Assembly (NCBI GenBank): GCA_963702205.1
Contig: OY969724.1
Coordinates: 2,688,001-2,752,000 of the forward strand
Reading direction: 5' to 3'
Length of the DNA stretch: 64,000 bases
Source of the DNA: an uncultured candidate division Zixibacteria bacterium
GTDB lineage: Bacteria > Zixibacteria > MSB-5A5 > GN15 > PGXB01
Numbering within the stretch: position 1 is the first letter of the stretch; each line of letters starts with the position of its first letter. The notes under the pieces were generated by a model that worked only from the letters and a program-made list of their open reading frames with translations, searched no databases and was not told the DNA's origin. Positions 9,377-19,713 of this stretch are shown here, piece after piece. The position numbers and the translations under genes are program-made.

Positions 9377-12109
9377 TTGACAGCCAAAAAACTTCCCCGA
9401 CTGACATCAATAATATTGCTATTTATCTTTCTGGCGGCGGTTGCGACCAATGCAGCTGCTTTTCGCGCAGAAAATAAGCCCGCCACGGCGGACAATCTCA
9501 AAGCCCGCCGTGTCCCGGTCAAACCGTCTCACATTAGTGTCTCAGCCGAAGCCAATACATCAAAAGTAATTGTGAAATTTAAAGAAGGACTCGTCATACA
9601 GCTCAGCGGCAATGAATTCGTTTCCCCGGCCAATAAATCCGACCTGTCCCCTTTAAGAAATGCTCTGGCGTCATCGGAGAAAAACCTCAAGAAGCCGTTG
9701 ATAAACAGGCCAAATAAATCTCTGAAGAATCTTAAAGTTTCACTTGAAGCCTCATCGGGCCGGAAGCTGGCCGATTTCAGCCTATATTTCACGATCGACG
9801 TGTCCGGTCCGGCCGAGGCCGAAAGACTGGTCAATGACTTAAATCAGCTTGATATGGTGGAGATCGCTTACCCTCAGCCGGTCCCCGAAGAAGCCGGCGA
9901 TATCGCTCCGCCGACACCCGATTATGAACCGAACCAGTACTATCTGTATTCCGCTCCAGGTGGCATAGACGCGGCTTACGCTAATACTCTTCCCGGCGGC
10001 GATGGCTCCGGGGTCAAATTAATAGACATAGAGTACGCCTGGACCGAAGACCATGAAGACCTCGATAAAGCGGTCGGTGCGGTCATAACTCCGGAGGGTG
10101 GAAGTTACGGTCAGCACGGGACGGCGGTTATCGGCGAAATGATAGCCGGAGACAACGGCTATGGTGTCACCGGGATTTGTCCCGGCGCCGATCTTGGATT
10201 GATTTCAGTCACCGCCTTAAGTGTCCCCCAGGCCGTCTTTCTGGCGCTCGACTATATGCAGCCGGGCGATTTGATGCTGATCGAACTGCACGCACCGGGT
10301 CCAAGATATAATTTCCAGGTGCGCGAGGACCAGCTTGGCTATGTCTGCATGGAATACTGGCAGGATGTATTCGACGCCTACCAATACGCCTGGGCGGCGG
10401 GAATGATCGTCATTGAACCGGCCGGAAACGGTGCTGAAGATTATGACACGCATTTATACGGCCAGCTGTTCGACACGACCTACCGCAACTCCCACGCCAT
10501 AATGGTCGGCGGCGGAGCTCCCCCCACCGGAACGTCCGGTATTGACCGGTCCCGCATGAGTTGGTCGAATTACGGCGAACGGGTCAATCTTCAGGGTCAG
10601 GGAGCCGAGGTTTACACGACCGGCTATGGAACTTTATTCGACGGCGGCGGTGATCCGAACCAGGAATACACGTCAACTTTCGCCGGGACATCGAGCGCTT
10701 CGCCAGTCGTCATGGGCGCCGCGACCTGCCTGCAGGGGTATTATAAAAGTACGTACGGGGTCCCGGCCGGGGCGGACTATATCCGCGACGTTCTGGTGTC
10801 GACCGGTTCACCGCAGCAGTTCAATATAACCCAACACATTGGCCCCCGACCTGATTTGCAGGCGGCTATCGCTTCTCTGGCGCCTCCGCCATCTTTGTCC
10901 GTAATACCGATCTATTTCGATACGGCAGTCGTCTCTGAATCGGTGAACAATCTGACCGCCTGGATACACAACGGCTCAGGATCCAACGCGCTCGATTTCA
11001 CCCTCAATATTCCCGACAGCCTGGCCAAATCCTCGAGTTGGCTCAGCGTGTCTCCCATGTCGGGCGAAATCGCGGCTTCGGATTCCGTCGACCTCGGTAT
11101 AACTATTGACGCGTCTGGATTTCCGGAAGGATTTGCCAGACACAAAGGAATTATCGAAATATCATGGGGCCCGGCCGGAGGATCGCTCGATTCGCTGGCG
11201 TATCTGCCGGTCTTTTTCACCGTGCCGTGCACAGAAGATACGACATACACGGCAACCGACAACAACGACGTCGGCGGACCGGAGTACAACTGGATAGACA
11301 TTACGACTATCGGGAGTATTATCGCACGTACTCAATATTATAACTCCTATGACTATTCCGCGCGACTCGACGACGGCACCGCCGGTCCGTACCCCCTGCC
11401 GTTCGACTTCAATTACTACGGCCAGACATATAACCAGATATACATAGGTGTCAACGGAGCTATTTCGTTTACCGATGCTGAAGTAAACGTCGGCGGTTTT
11501 TATTCCGGGTTCGCACTGGATGAAGCTCCATTCCAGACTATTATCCCCGTCTTTTGGAACGACCTCGTAATCGACGCGGCGGAACTCGGTACCGGGCACG
11601 GCGACATTTATCGGTATTACAGCCCGACCAATGATTCCGTCGTCATACTCTGGTATCAAATGGGCAATTTCAATAATGCTCTGGACACCCTGACATCCTT
11701 CGAGGTAATATTAACGCGCGACGGCGATATAAACGCTCAGTATCAATCGGTCGGGATATCCGGGCTGGCGTCGACCGCATCGATAGGCCTGAGCGGCGGC
11801 CCCTGCCAATTCGAGGATTACGTGCAGTCGGGTATGCCTCCTTCTCACATAGTTACCGATGGTTCGGCGGTACGGTTCGGTAATAATACCATCAACCCGA
11901 TTATGTCCGGCGACGTTGATTATTCCGGCAGCCTGAACCTGATCGATATATTATTCTTGATCGACGCCATATACGGCGACGGACCCGATCCGACGCCGGT
12001 AGCCATGGGCGACGTTAACTGCGATGGCAATCTCAATCTGCTCGATATACTTTACTTAATCGATACGATATATGGCGAAGGTGATGATCCCTGCTTTTTC
12101 ATCCCCTGA
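9377..12109 (+). CDS. secreted S8 (subtilisin-like) peptidase with C-terminal dockerin-like domain
   Basis: Signal peptide, triad DIE / HGTAV / GTSSASP, two GDVxxxGxxNLxDILxLID repeats; TTG start after GGAGG. Confidence 0.9.
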   Translation: MTAKKLPRLTSIILLFIFLAAVATNAAAFRAENKPATADNLKARRVPVKPSHISVSAEANTSKVIVKFKEGLVIQLSGNEFVSPANKSDLSPLRNALASSEKNLKKPLINRPNKSLKNLKVSLEASSGRKLADFSLYFTIDVSGPAEAERLVNDLNQLDMVEIAYPQPVPEEAGDIAPPTPDYEPNQYYLYSAPGGIDAAYANTLPGGDGSGVKLIDIEYAWTEDHEDLDKAVGAVITPEGGSYGQHGTAVIGEMIAGDNGYGVTGICPGADLGLISVTALSVPQAVFLALDYMQPGDLMLIELHAPGPRYNFQVREDQLGYVCMEYWQDVFDAYQYAWAAGMIVIEPAGNGAEDYDTHLYGQLFDTTYRNSHAIMVGGGAPPTGTSGIDRSRMSWSNYGERVNLQGQGAEVYTTGYGTLFDGGGDPNQEYTSTFAGTSSASPVVMGAATCLQGYYKSTYGVPAGADYIRDVLVSTGSPQQFNITQHIGPRPDLQAAIASLAPPPSLSVIPIYFDTAVVSESVNNLTAWIHNGSGSNALDFTLNIPDSLAKSSSWLSVSPMSGEIAASDSVDLGITIDASGFPEGFARHKGIIEISWGPAGGSLDSLAYLPVFFTVPCTEDTTYTATDNNDVGGPEYNWIDITTIGSIIARTQYYNSYDYSARLDDGTAGPYPLPFDFNYYGQTYNQIYIGVNGAISFTDAEVNVGGFYSGFALDEAPFQTIIPVFWNDLVIDAAELGTGHGDIYRYYSPTNDSVVILWYQMGNFNNALDTLTSFEVILTRDGDINAQYQSVGISGLASTASIGLSGGPCQFEDYVQSGMPPSHIVTDGSAVRFGNNTINPIMSGDVDYSGSLNLIDILFLIDAIYGDGPDPTPVAMGDVNCDGNLNLLDILYLIDTIYGEGDDPCFFIP

Positions 12110-12130
12110 TAAATAAACCAATATACTTTA

Positions 12131-12160
12131 AAACCGCCGCGGACTTTCGCGGCGTTTTTT
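12131..12160. terminator. probable bidirectional terminator between convergent genes
   Basis: cgccgcgg...tcgcggcg stem flanked by A and T runs. Confidence 0.75.
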
Positions 12161-12176
12161 ATGCTTTAAATCGGAA

Positions 12177-13622
12177 TTAGATTACTGAAAAAGTGCTTAG
12201 CCTGGCAAGTGCGAGCCAGAACTGCGGGATAACACCCAGCGCCAGCGTGCCCGCCACGGTTATCAGCAGAACCAGGATAATGCCGGGCTTATATGAGACC
12301 GGTACGAATTCTTTGTCCGGCTTCATGAAGAACGCCGCCACCACGACTCTTAAATAATAGTACACCGAAATCAGGCTGTTGAGGACGGCGATGATGGTCA
12401 ACCAGATAAAGCCGCTCTCGACCGCCTGTGAGAATATAAAGAATTTACCTATGAAACCGGCCGTGGGCGGGAACCCCGCCAGCGCAAACATGAACAGCGT
12501 AAGAATCGCCGCCAGAAAGGGATGTTTCCCGGATAAGCCTTTGATATCATCGATCTGATTGTTCCCACCGGTCCGGCTGTCGATCAAGGTTATGATGGCG
12601 AAACCGCCCAGGTTGAAGAACATATATGCCGCCAGATAGTACACCGCCGACGAGACGGCCCCCTGCCCCCCGGTAGTCAAAGCCACCAGAATATACCCGG
12701 CATGGGCGATCGAGGAATACGCCAGCATTCTTTTGATATTGTTTTGAAATATGGCCAGGATGTTTCCGATTGTCATGGTAAGTACGGCCAGTATCCAGAA
12801 AACCGTGGTAAGGTCGGTAAATTGGCCGAAACCGAAAATAAATATTCTCAACAGCGCCGCAAAACCGGCCGCCTTGGGCCCGACCGAAAAGTACCCCGTT
12901 ACCGGGGTCGGCGCGCCTTCGTAGACGTCCGGAACCCACATATGGAACGGCACCGCCGCCACCTTGAACGAAAAGGCCGCGAGAACCATAATGGCTCCCG
13001 AATACAGCAGCATCTGTGATTGTGTCTTGTAAAAGGCGAAATCGGCCAGGATACGCCGCAAATCGGTCGTCCCGGTTGCACCATAAATCAACGCGATGCC
13101 GTAGACGAGAAAACCGCTCGCGAAGGCACCCATGATAAAATACTTCACGCCCGATTCGTTGGATAAATTATTGTGCCGAGCCAGTCCGGCCATAACGTAC
13201 AGCGGCACCGACATTATTTCCAAACCGATAAATATTACCAGCAAATCGGTACTCGATGCCATCAGCATCATACCGACCGTGGCGAATAGTATCATGACAT
13301 AATATTCATGACTTTCGATGCCTTTGGCGATCAGGTAATCCCGCGACATAAGTATGGTGACAATCCCGGTCATGATAAATATCATGCTGAAAAAGACCGA
13401 GAAGTTATCGATTACGAACATCCCGTAAAAGCCCGACTGAGGCATCGCCCATTGCATGACGGCATAAATCAACCCAATCACCATGGCCCCGACCGACAGC
13501 ACCGCCATCAAACCCCGGCTGCGAATTACATTGCCGAGCAGAAGGATAGCCATCCCCGCGATGATTATTATCAAATGCGGTGTCAGTAAACCGAAATCAA
13601 TTGCCGCAGACCTGATATCCAT
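12177..13622 (-). CDS. nuoN: NADH-quinone oxidoreductase subunit N
   Basis: GLEIMS, FKVAAVPFHMWVPDVYEGAP, KRMLAYSSIAH. Confidence 0.96.
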   Translation of the reverse strand: MDIRSAAIDFGLLTPHLIIIIAGMAILLLGNVIRSRGLMAVLSVGAMVIGLIYAVMQWAMPQSGFYGMFVIDNFSVFFSMIFIMTGIVTILMSRDYLIAKGIESHEYYVMILFATVGMMLMASSTDLLVIFIGLEIMSVPLYVMAGLARHNNLSNESGVKYFIMGAFASGFLVYGIALIYGATGTTDLRRILADFAFYKTQSQMLLYSGAIMVLAAFSFKVAAVPFHMWVPDVYEGAPTPVTGYFSVGPKAAGFAALLRIFIFGFGQFTDLTTVFWILAVLTMTIGNILAIFQNNIKRMLAYSSIAHAGYILVALTTGGQGAVSSAVYYLAAYMFFNLGGFAIITLIDSRTGGNNQIDDIKGLSGKHPFLAAILTLFMFALAGFPPTAGFIGKFFIFSQAVESGFIWLTIIAVLNSLISVYYYLRVVVAAFFMKPDKEFVPVSYKPGIILVLLITVAGTLALGVIPQFWLALARLSTFSVI

Positions 13623-13639
13623 AATTTTTCCCGGTTATT

Positions 13640-13661
13640 CCGGCGTCAAACTGACGCCCGG
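13640..13661 (-). promoter_or_regulatory. candidate bacterial SECIS element
   Basis: Minus-strand GGCGTCA-GTT-TGACGCC stem-loop; the loop G is 24 nt downstream of the in-frame TGA at 13675-13677. Confidence 0.7.
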
Positions 13662-13665
13662 CCTC

Positions 13666-13887
13666 TTATATCCCTCAGCCTCCACCGAAGCCGATCTGTA
13701 CCTTGCCGTCTTCGACAATGACCGGCACGATCGACTTGCCTCCGGCCAGCCGGACGGCTTCGTCTTTCGCGCCTTTGACGGCATAAACGTCGATTTCCTT
13801 ATAGTCCACCCCGATGTCTCGATAATGCTCCCTGGCCGCCGCGCAGTACGGGCAGCCGGGCTTGGTGTAAATCGTCACATCAGGCAT
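13666..13887 (-). CDS. glutaredoxin-like probable selenoprotein with C-terminal U-x-x-stop (Uxx-star type), 73 aa
   Basis: CPYC motif, cis-Pro VPVI, ends GFGGG-TGA-GGG-ATA-TAA (U-G-I-stop) followed by a SECIS-like hairpin; TAATG overlap with the nuoM stop. Confidence 0.85.
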
Positions 13888-15464
13888 TACTTGTCCCCTA
13901 ATTTCTTAATTACACAAATCTTCCCGTCGGGAGAGCATTCCACGTTGTCGGGCTTTTGCGTTTCTGACAGGTTCATCCTGTCGGATTTATTTACCATTGT
14001 CACGATATTCCTGACCGCCGGCTCCATTCGGTCGAAAAACGGTTTCGGATAAACACCGATCCAGAAAATCAATATGACCAGAGGGACAAGAATCAACCGT
14101 TCGCGAAGATTCAAATCTTTGACTTTTTCATTGGCCGGATTGGTCACTTTGCCGAAAATAACCCGTTGCAGCATCCAGAGCATATAGCACGCCGCCAATA
14201 TGACGCCCGACGCCCCGATAATGGCGTAAGTCGGGTTGGCCTTGTACGTGCCCAACAAGATCAAAAACTCTCCGACAAAGCCGTTGGTCAGCGGCAGGCC
14301 TATCGACGACAGCGCTATTATCATGAAATAGGTCGAAAACACGGGCATAGATTTCGACAGACCGCCAAAATCGGCAATCAGGCGGGTATGTCTGCGTTCG
14401 TAGATTATGCCGACAATCAAAAACAGCGCGCCGGTCGAAATACCGTGGTTAATCATCTGTATGACCGAACCTTCCAATCCCTGAACGTTCAACGCCATCA
14501 TCCCCAGCATGACGAATCCCAGGTGTGACACCGATGAAAACGCCACCAGTGATTTGACGTCCCTTTGCACCATCGCCACCAGTGCCCCGTAAATTATGCC
14601 TATCAACGCCAGTATGGATATGAACGGGACGAACTGCAGGGTCGCTTCGGGAAACAACGGCAGACAAATACGCACGAAACCGTACGTTCCCATCTTCAGC
14701 AGGACGCCGGCCAGAATGACCGAACCGGCGGTCGGCGCCTGGACGTGCGCGTCGGGCAGCCAGGTATGGAATGGCCAGATTGGAACCTTGATGGCAAAAG
14801 CCAGGGCAAAAGCCAGAAACATGTATGTCTGTGCTCCGAGCGGTATCGGCATTTGATACAGCTTCAACAGGTCGAACGAATATTCTCCGGAATAACCGTG
14901 ATACATTAAGAACAGATACAGGAGCGCCACCAGCATCAATAAAGAGCCGAACATAGTGAACAGCACGAATTTAATCGCGGCATACAGCTTTCTCGGACCG
15001 CCCCAGACCCCGATTATGAAATACATCGGGACCAGCATCGCTTCCCAGAAAACGTAAAAAAGGAACAGGTCGAGGGCCACGAAGACACCGATCATACCGG
15101 TTTCGAGCAGGAGCAGTGAAATATAGTACCCCTTGACCGAGGTTTGTATCGACGTCCACGATGAAATCAAGGCAATGACCGTTAATATCGTAGTCAGCAT
15201 TATCAGCAGCAGCGAGATGCCGTCGATGCCAAGATGATAGTGTATACCGAACACCTCAATCCACGGGACATTGACCTCGAATTGCATACCGCTCGCGATG
15301 GGCTCGAACATGGCATACATCCACAGCGACCACAAAAACGTAATGAACGCGATAATCAGAGCCACCGCTTTGACCGTATCGGCCCGTTCGCGCGGGACAA
15401 ACAAAAGCAATATTACGCCCAGAAGCGGGAAAAAGGTCACCAATGTCAATATCTGCTGTTCCAT
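13887..15464 (-). CDS. nuoM: NADH-quinone oxidoreductase subunit M
   Basis: FYVFWEAMLVPMYF, HTWLPDAHVQAP, LLKMGTYG. Confidence 0.96.
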   Translation of the reverse strand: MEQQILTLVTFFPLLGVILLLFVPRERADTVKAVALIIAFITFLWSLWMYAMFEPIASGMQFEVNVPWIEVFGIHYHLGIDGISLLLIMLTTILTVIALISSWTSIQTSVKGYYISLLLLETGMIGVFVALDLFLFYVFWEAMLVPMYFIIGVWGGPRKLYAAIKFVLFTMFGSLLMLVALLYLFLMYHGYSGEYSFDLLKLYQMPIPLGAQTYMFLAFALAFAIKVPIWPFHTWLPDAHVQAPTAGSVILAGVLLKMGTYGFVRICLPLFPEATLQFVPFISILALIGIIYGALVAMVQRDVKSLVAFSSVSHLGFVMLGMMALNVQGLEGSVIQMINHGISTGALFLIVGIIYERRHTRLIADFGGLSKSMPVFSTYFMIIALSSIGLPLTNGFVGEFLILLGTYKANPTYAIIGASGVILAACYMLWMLQRVIFGKVTNPANEKVKDLNLRERLILVPLVILIFWIGVYPKPFFDRMEPAVRNIVTMVNKSDRMNLSETQKPDNVECSPDGKICVIKKLGDK

Positions 15465-15465
15465 A

Positions 15466-17403
15466 TTATCTCAAAATAAAGTATCCGATAAGCACAATCG
15501 CACCACCCAGAAAGACGGTCACGTACGTTCGTAAATTACCCGTCTGTATCCCTCTTACGTCGCTTGACACGAAACCGATAAGCGCCGCCAATCCGTTGGC
15601 GATACCGTCGATTATCATCACGTCGACTATTTTCCAAAGGAATATCGATCCATTGACCAAAGGCCTGACAATAATCGCACCGTAAATTTCGTCGACATAG
15701 TACTTATTAAGCAAAATATTATGCAATCCCGACAAGGCGTTCCTGATACGTCCGACGGCCGCGATGTTTTTCAAATACAGATAATAGGCGGCGTATATGG
15801 ATATCAATATCAGGATGACCGAGCCGATCATCAAGACCATTTCTGTGCCCGTATTTGAACCCGCCGAAGCCAGCGTATGCTCGCTGCCGCCCGAGTGCAT
15901 TATGCCGATTACCGGCTCCAGGAATTTCTCGAAGCGATTGTCCCCGCCCAGCACGTGCGGTATACCGACCCAGCCGCCGATAATCGAAAGCACCGCGAGG
16001 ATCGACAATGGAACCGTCATTACTTTGGGAGATTCATGCAGGTGGTGTTTCGTTTCCTCATCCATCCTCTGTTCGCCATAGAATGTAAGATACACCAGCC
16101 GGAACATATAAAATGCCGTCAGCAGGGCCGTAAACAGGCCTATTGCCCATATCACCGGCGAACCATAATCCGACGAAAACGATTTCCACAAAATTTCATC
16201 TTTGGAGAAAAATCCCGACAGGCCCGGAATCCCGGAGATGGCCAGCGTTGCGAACAGGAACGTAAGGAACGTGGTTTTCATCGGCTTCTTTAGCCCGCCC
16301 ATATAACGCATGTCCTGTTGCCCGGCCATGGCGTGTATAACCGAACCGGACCCCAGAAACAGCAGAGCCTTGAAAAAGGCGTGGGTCATCAGGTGGAAAA
16401 TTCCGGCCGAAAACGCCGCCACACCGCAGGCGACAAACATATACCCGAGCTGACTGACGGTACTATACGCCAGCACTCTCTTAATGTCGTTTTGTGTCAG
16501 AGCAATTGTCGCCGCCATCAGAGCCGTGGCCGTGCCGACTATCGCGACCACCGCCAGGGTCGTGGGGGCCATTAAGTACAGGACGTTCGATCTGACGATC
16601 ATGTATACTCCCGCCGTGACCATCGTTGCCGCATGTATGAGCGCGGACACCGGCGTCGGGCCTTCCATAGCGTCGGGCAGCCACACAAAGAGCGGTATCT
16701 GGGCCGATTTGCCGGTGGCACCGAGAAACAGCAGCAAAGTTGCCGCCGTAATCAGACTTCCCCCGGCCACGAATAAATGCGGGGCTCTTTCAAATACGGT
16801 TGCAAAGTCGAGCGATCCCACCTGCCAGAAAATTATGAACAAACCCAATAGAAAACCGAAGTCCCCGATTCGGTTGACTATAAACGCTTTTTTCCCGGCG
16901 TCGGTCGCCGATTTCTTCTCGAACCAGAATCCGATCAACAGGTAACTGCACAGCCCGACACCTTCCCAACCGACAAACATCAACAGATAATTGTCGGCCA
17001 GAACGAGAGTCAGCATAGAAAATATGAACAAATTCAAATATGTGAAATACCGACCATAGCCCGGGTCATCGTGCATATAGCCGATCGAATAGACATGTAT
17101 CAAAAATCCGACCCCGCTGACGACCAACACCATCACCGCCGACAGCGGGTCGAACATCAAGCCGAAATTTACATTGAAAACACCGGCCGGAATCCACGTA
17201 AACAGTACTTCCTTGAAAAGTCGTTCCGTCTCGGGCACGGCCAGAATATTGAAAAACGTCTTCAGGCCCCACAGGAAAGCCAGACCGACCGAGCCGCAGC
17301 CGATAATCGAAATCAATTTCTTGTTTAGGCGACCGAGCATCAGACCGTTGAGCAGGAATCCCACTAACGGAAACAAAATGATCAAATATAACGAATGATC
17401 CAT
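15466..17403 (-). CDS. nuoL: NADH-quinone oxidoreductase subunit L
   Basis: GWEGVGLCSYLLIG, WLPDAMEGPTPVSALIHAATMV, THAFFKA. Confidence 0.96.
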   Translation of the reverse strand: MDHSLYLIILFPLVGFLLNGLMLGRLNKKLISIIGCGSVGLAFLWGLKTFFNILAVPETERLFKEVLFTWIPAGVFNVNFGLMFDPLSAVMVLVVSGVGFLIHVYSIGYMHDDPGYGRYFTYLNLFIFSMLTLVLADNYLLMFVGWEGVGLCSYLLIGFWFEKKSATDAGKKAFIVNRIGDFGFLLGLFIIFWQVGSLDFATVFERAPHLFVAGGSLITAATLLLFLGATGKSAQIPLFVWLPDAMEGPTPVSALIHAATMVTAGVYMIVRSNVLYLMAPTTLAVVAIVGTATALMAATIALTQNDIKRVLAYSTVSQLGYMFVACGVAAFSAGIFHLMTHAFFKALLFLGSGSVIHAMAGQQDMRYMGGLKKPMKTTFLTFLFATLAISGIPGLSGFFSKDEILWKSFSSDYGSPVIWAIGLFTALLTAFYMFRLVYLTFYGEQRMDEETKHHLHESPKVMTVPLSILAVLSIIGGWVGIPHVLGGDNRFEKFLEPVIGIMHSGGSEHTLASAGSNTGTEMVLMIGSVILILISIYAAYYLYLKNIAAVGRIRNALSGLHNILLNKYYVDEIYGAIIVRPLVNGSIFLWKIVDVMIIDGIANGLAALIGFVSSDVRGIQTGNLRTYVTVFLGGAIVLIGYFILR

Positions 17404-17408
17404 GCGCC

Positions 17409-17711
17409 TTACCTTTTCAACAAACTGAACGTATCAGCGTTGATCGACTCCCGGTTTCTGAACAGTGCAATAATTATGGCCAGCCCCACCGCGGCTTCGG
17501 CCGCCGCCACGGCCAGAATCAGGAAAACGAACACGTGCCCGTCCATGAGATTCAATGACCGCGAAAAGGCTATAATCGCCAGGTTGGCCGCGTTGAGCAT
17601 TAATTCTATCGACATGAACATCACAATCAAATTCCGCGAAATGATAACTCCGGAGACACCGATCACGAACAGCATCGCGCTCAATATCAAATAATGAGTA
17701 ACCGGAATCAT
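17409..17711 (-). CDS. nuoK: NADH-quinone oxidoreductase subunit K
   Basis: SIELMLNAANL, AAAEAAVGLA. Confidence 0.95.
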   Translation of the reverse strand: MIPVTHYLILSAMLFVIGVSGVIISRNLIVMFMSIELMLNAANLAIIAFSRSLNLMDGHVFVFLILAVAAAEAAVGLAIIIALFRNRESINADTFSLLKR

Positions 17712-18244
17712 ACCGCTTCCTTTTCTTTGTCGATCTTATCGCGTCCGGCCATCATGACCGCCGCGACTACTGCCACGAGGAGCAGAATTGAAGTCAACTC
17801 GAACGGAAACAGGTACTTGGTATATAAAAGTTCCGCAACCGGAGGAACACTCCCGAAACCGGGACTCAGGGTTCCCGCCGTCCCCGAAAGACTGTTTGAA
17901 TTCGCAGCCGTATGTGCCACCGCCGCCAGTTCGATAATCATCAGGAAAGAAAAGATCAGCTTGGTCGCCAGGCTGACTTTGCTGCGCTCGTGGCCGAACC
18001 GTTCTCCCCTCAGATTCAACAGCATGATGACAAACAGGAACAGAACCAGAATCGCTCCGGCGTAGATGATCACAAGCAGTGCCCCGACAAAAAGTGCTCC
18101 GAGCTGAATGTATAAAACCGCCTGGGCAACCAGGGATAAAATTAAATACAGCACCGACGCCACGGGATTGCGCTGGGCGATCATCATAACCGCACCGCCT
18201 ATCGCGACCAGGGCCGATATGTAAAATACCACTACTTCCAGCAC
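17708..18244 (-). CDS. nuoJ: NADH-quinone oxidoreductase subunit J
   Basis: IYAGAILVLFLFVIMLL, YLFPFELTS. Confidence 0.95.
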   Translation of the reverse strand: MLEVVVFYISALVAIGGAVMMIAQRNPVASVLYLILSLVAQAVLYIQLGALFVGALLVIIYAGAILVLFLFVIMLLNLRGERFGHERSKVSLATKLIFSFLMIIELAAVAHTAANSNSLSGTAGTLSPGFGSVPPVAELLYTKYLFPFELTSILLLVAVVAAVMMAGRDKIDKEKEAV

Positions 18245-18246
18245 GG

Positions 18247-18720
18247 CTAAAAGATCCTTCTCACTTTTCTGATAATCTTCTTAAACGGCTTTTCTTTCGT
18301 GGGACGATTGGCCAGCATTTGTTCTTTCGTAAAAATAAACGAATCACGGTTGTCATCCGAAAACTCGTACTCGTGTCCCAGGAAGATGGCTTCCTCGGGG
18401 CAGGCTTCTTCACAATAACCGCAAAAAATGCATCGCAACAGATTTATTTCATAAACTTTGGCATACCGCTCGCCTTTTTCGTTTTCCGCCCCTTCCATAT
18501 AAATGGCATCAGCCGGGCACGACGACGCACACAGACCGCAGCAGACACACCGCTCGGTACCGTCGTCGTATTTCTCCAGATAATGCTTGCCCCGGTAGCG
18601 CGGGAACATCGCCTGCTTTTCGTAGGGGTACTTTCGCGTCACCGGTTTCTTGAACAGGTGCTTGAAGGTCGTCAGGAAACCTTTCGGCAGGGCGATAAAT
18701 ACGGTACGAATAAAGTTCAC
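18247..18720 (-). CDS. nuoI: NADH-quinone oxidoreductase subunit I
   Basis: Two CxxCxxCxxxCP ferredoxin motifs, YPYEK...RYRG. Confidence 0.95.
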   Translation of the reverse strand: MNFIRTVFIALPKGFLTTFKHLFKKPVTRKYPYEKQAMFPRYRGKHYLEKYDDGTERCVCCGLCASSCPADAIYMEGAENEKGERYAKVYEINLLRCIFCGYCEEACPEEAIFLGHEYEFSDDNRDSFIFTKEQMLANRPTKEKPFKKIIRKVRRIF

Positions 18721-18728
18721 TTGCTCAC

Positions 18729-19712
18729 CTAATATAGTTTAATCCAGGCCGTGATCATGGTATTGATCAAAGCCAGTGGAAACAACACTTTCCATCCGAA
18801 ATTCATCAACTGGTCATAACGAAAACGCGGCAGCGTCGCCCGCAGCCAGATATAAAAGCACATAAATAACGCCACCTTAATAACGAACCACAAAATCGGC
18901 GGCAGGATCGGTCCCTGCCAGCCCCCGAGAAACAGGGTTGTCACGACACATCCGACCGCTATCATATTGGCGTACTCACCGATAAAGAACATCGCGAAAC
19001 GCATCGATGAATATTCCGTGTGATACCCGGCGACCAATTCCGATTCCGCTTCCGGCAGATCGAACGGGGCGCGGTTGGTCTCGGCGACGGCGCAGATGAC
19101 GAATATCACGAAGGCAACCGGCTGGCGGAAAATAAACCAGTCGAAAACCGACGCTTGTTGAGCAACGAGTTCTTTCATCGATAATGTCTGCGCGATCAAC
19201 AGGACACCGATTATCGAAAGGCCGTAGGCTATCTCATACGATATCATCTGGGCCGAGGAACGGATACCGCCCAGAAGAGAATACTTGGAACCCGACGACC
19301 ACCCGGCCAGGAGGAGTCCGTAAACGCCCAGCGAGGTCACCGCAAAAATAAACAGAATGCCTATATTCAAATCAGAAATAGTCGGATCAACTGTCACCCC
19401 GAACATTTCGAACGGCTTGCCAAAAGGTATTACGGCAAATGAAAGCAGGGCCGGAATAAACGAGACGATCGGGGCCAGGGCGTATGTCAGTCGTTCGGCT
19501 TTATCCGGAACGATGTCTTCTTTAAAAATGAGTTTAATGGCGTCGGCTATCGGCTGCAACAGGCCGAACGGCCCGGCGTACTCGGGACCGATGCGATGCT
19601 GGAAGTGGCCGACCAGTTTTCTTTCCAGCCAGGTGCTGTACGCGCACCCGGTCAGAACGGCAACTATAATCACCACCGTCTTTATGGCCGATATTATGGC
19701 GATTTCCAGCAT
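18729..19712 (-). CDS. nuoH: NADH-quinone oxidoreductase subunit H
   Basis: GLLQPIADAIKL, AETNRAPFDLPEAESEL, PRFRYDQLM. Confidence 0.96.
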   Translation of the reverse strand: MLEIAIISAIKTVVIIVAVLTGCAYSTWLERKLVGHFQHRIGPEYAGPFGLLQPIADAIKLIFKEDIVPDKAERLTYALAPIVSFIPALLSFAVIPFGKPFEMFGVTVDPTISDLNIGILFIFAVTSLGVYGLLLAGWSSGSKYSLLGGIRSSAQMISYEIAYGLSIIGVLLIAQTLSMKELVAQQASVFDWFIFRQPVAFVIFVICAVAETNRAPFDLPEAESELVAGYHTEYSSMRFAMFFIGEYANMIAVGCVVTTLFLGGWQGPILPPILWFVIKVALFMCFYIWLRATLPRFRYDQLMNFGWKVLFPLALINTMITAWIKLY

Positions 19713-19713
19713 T

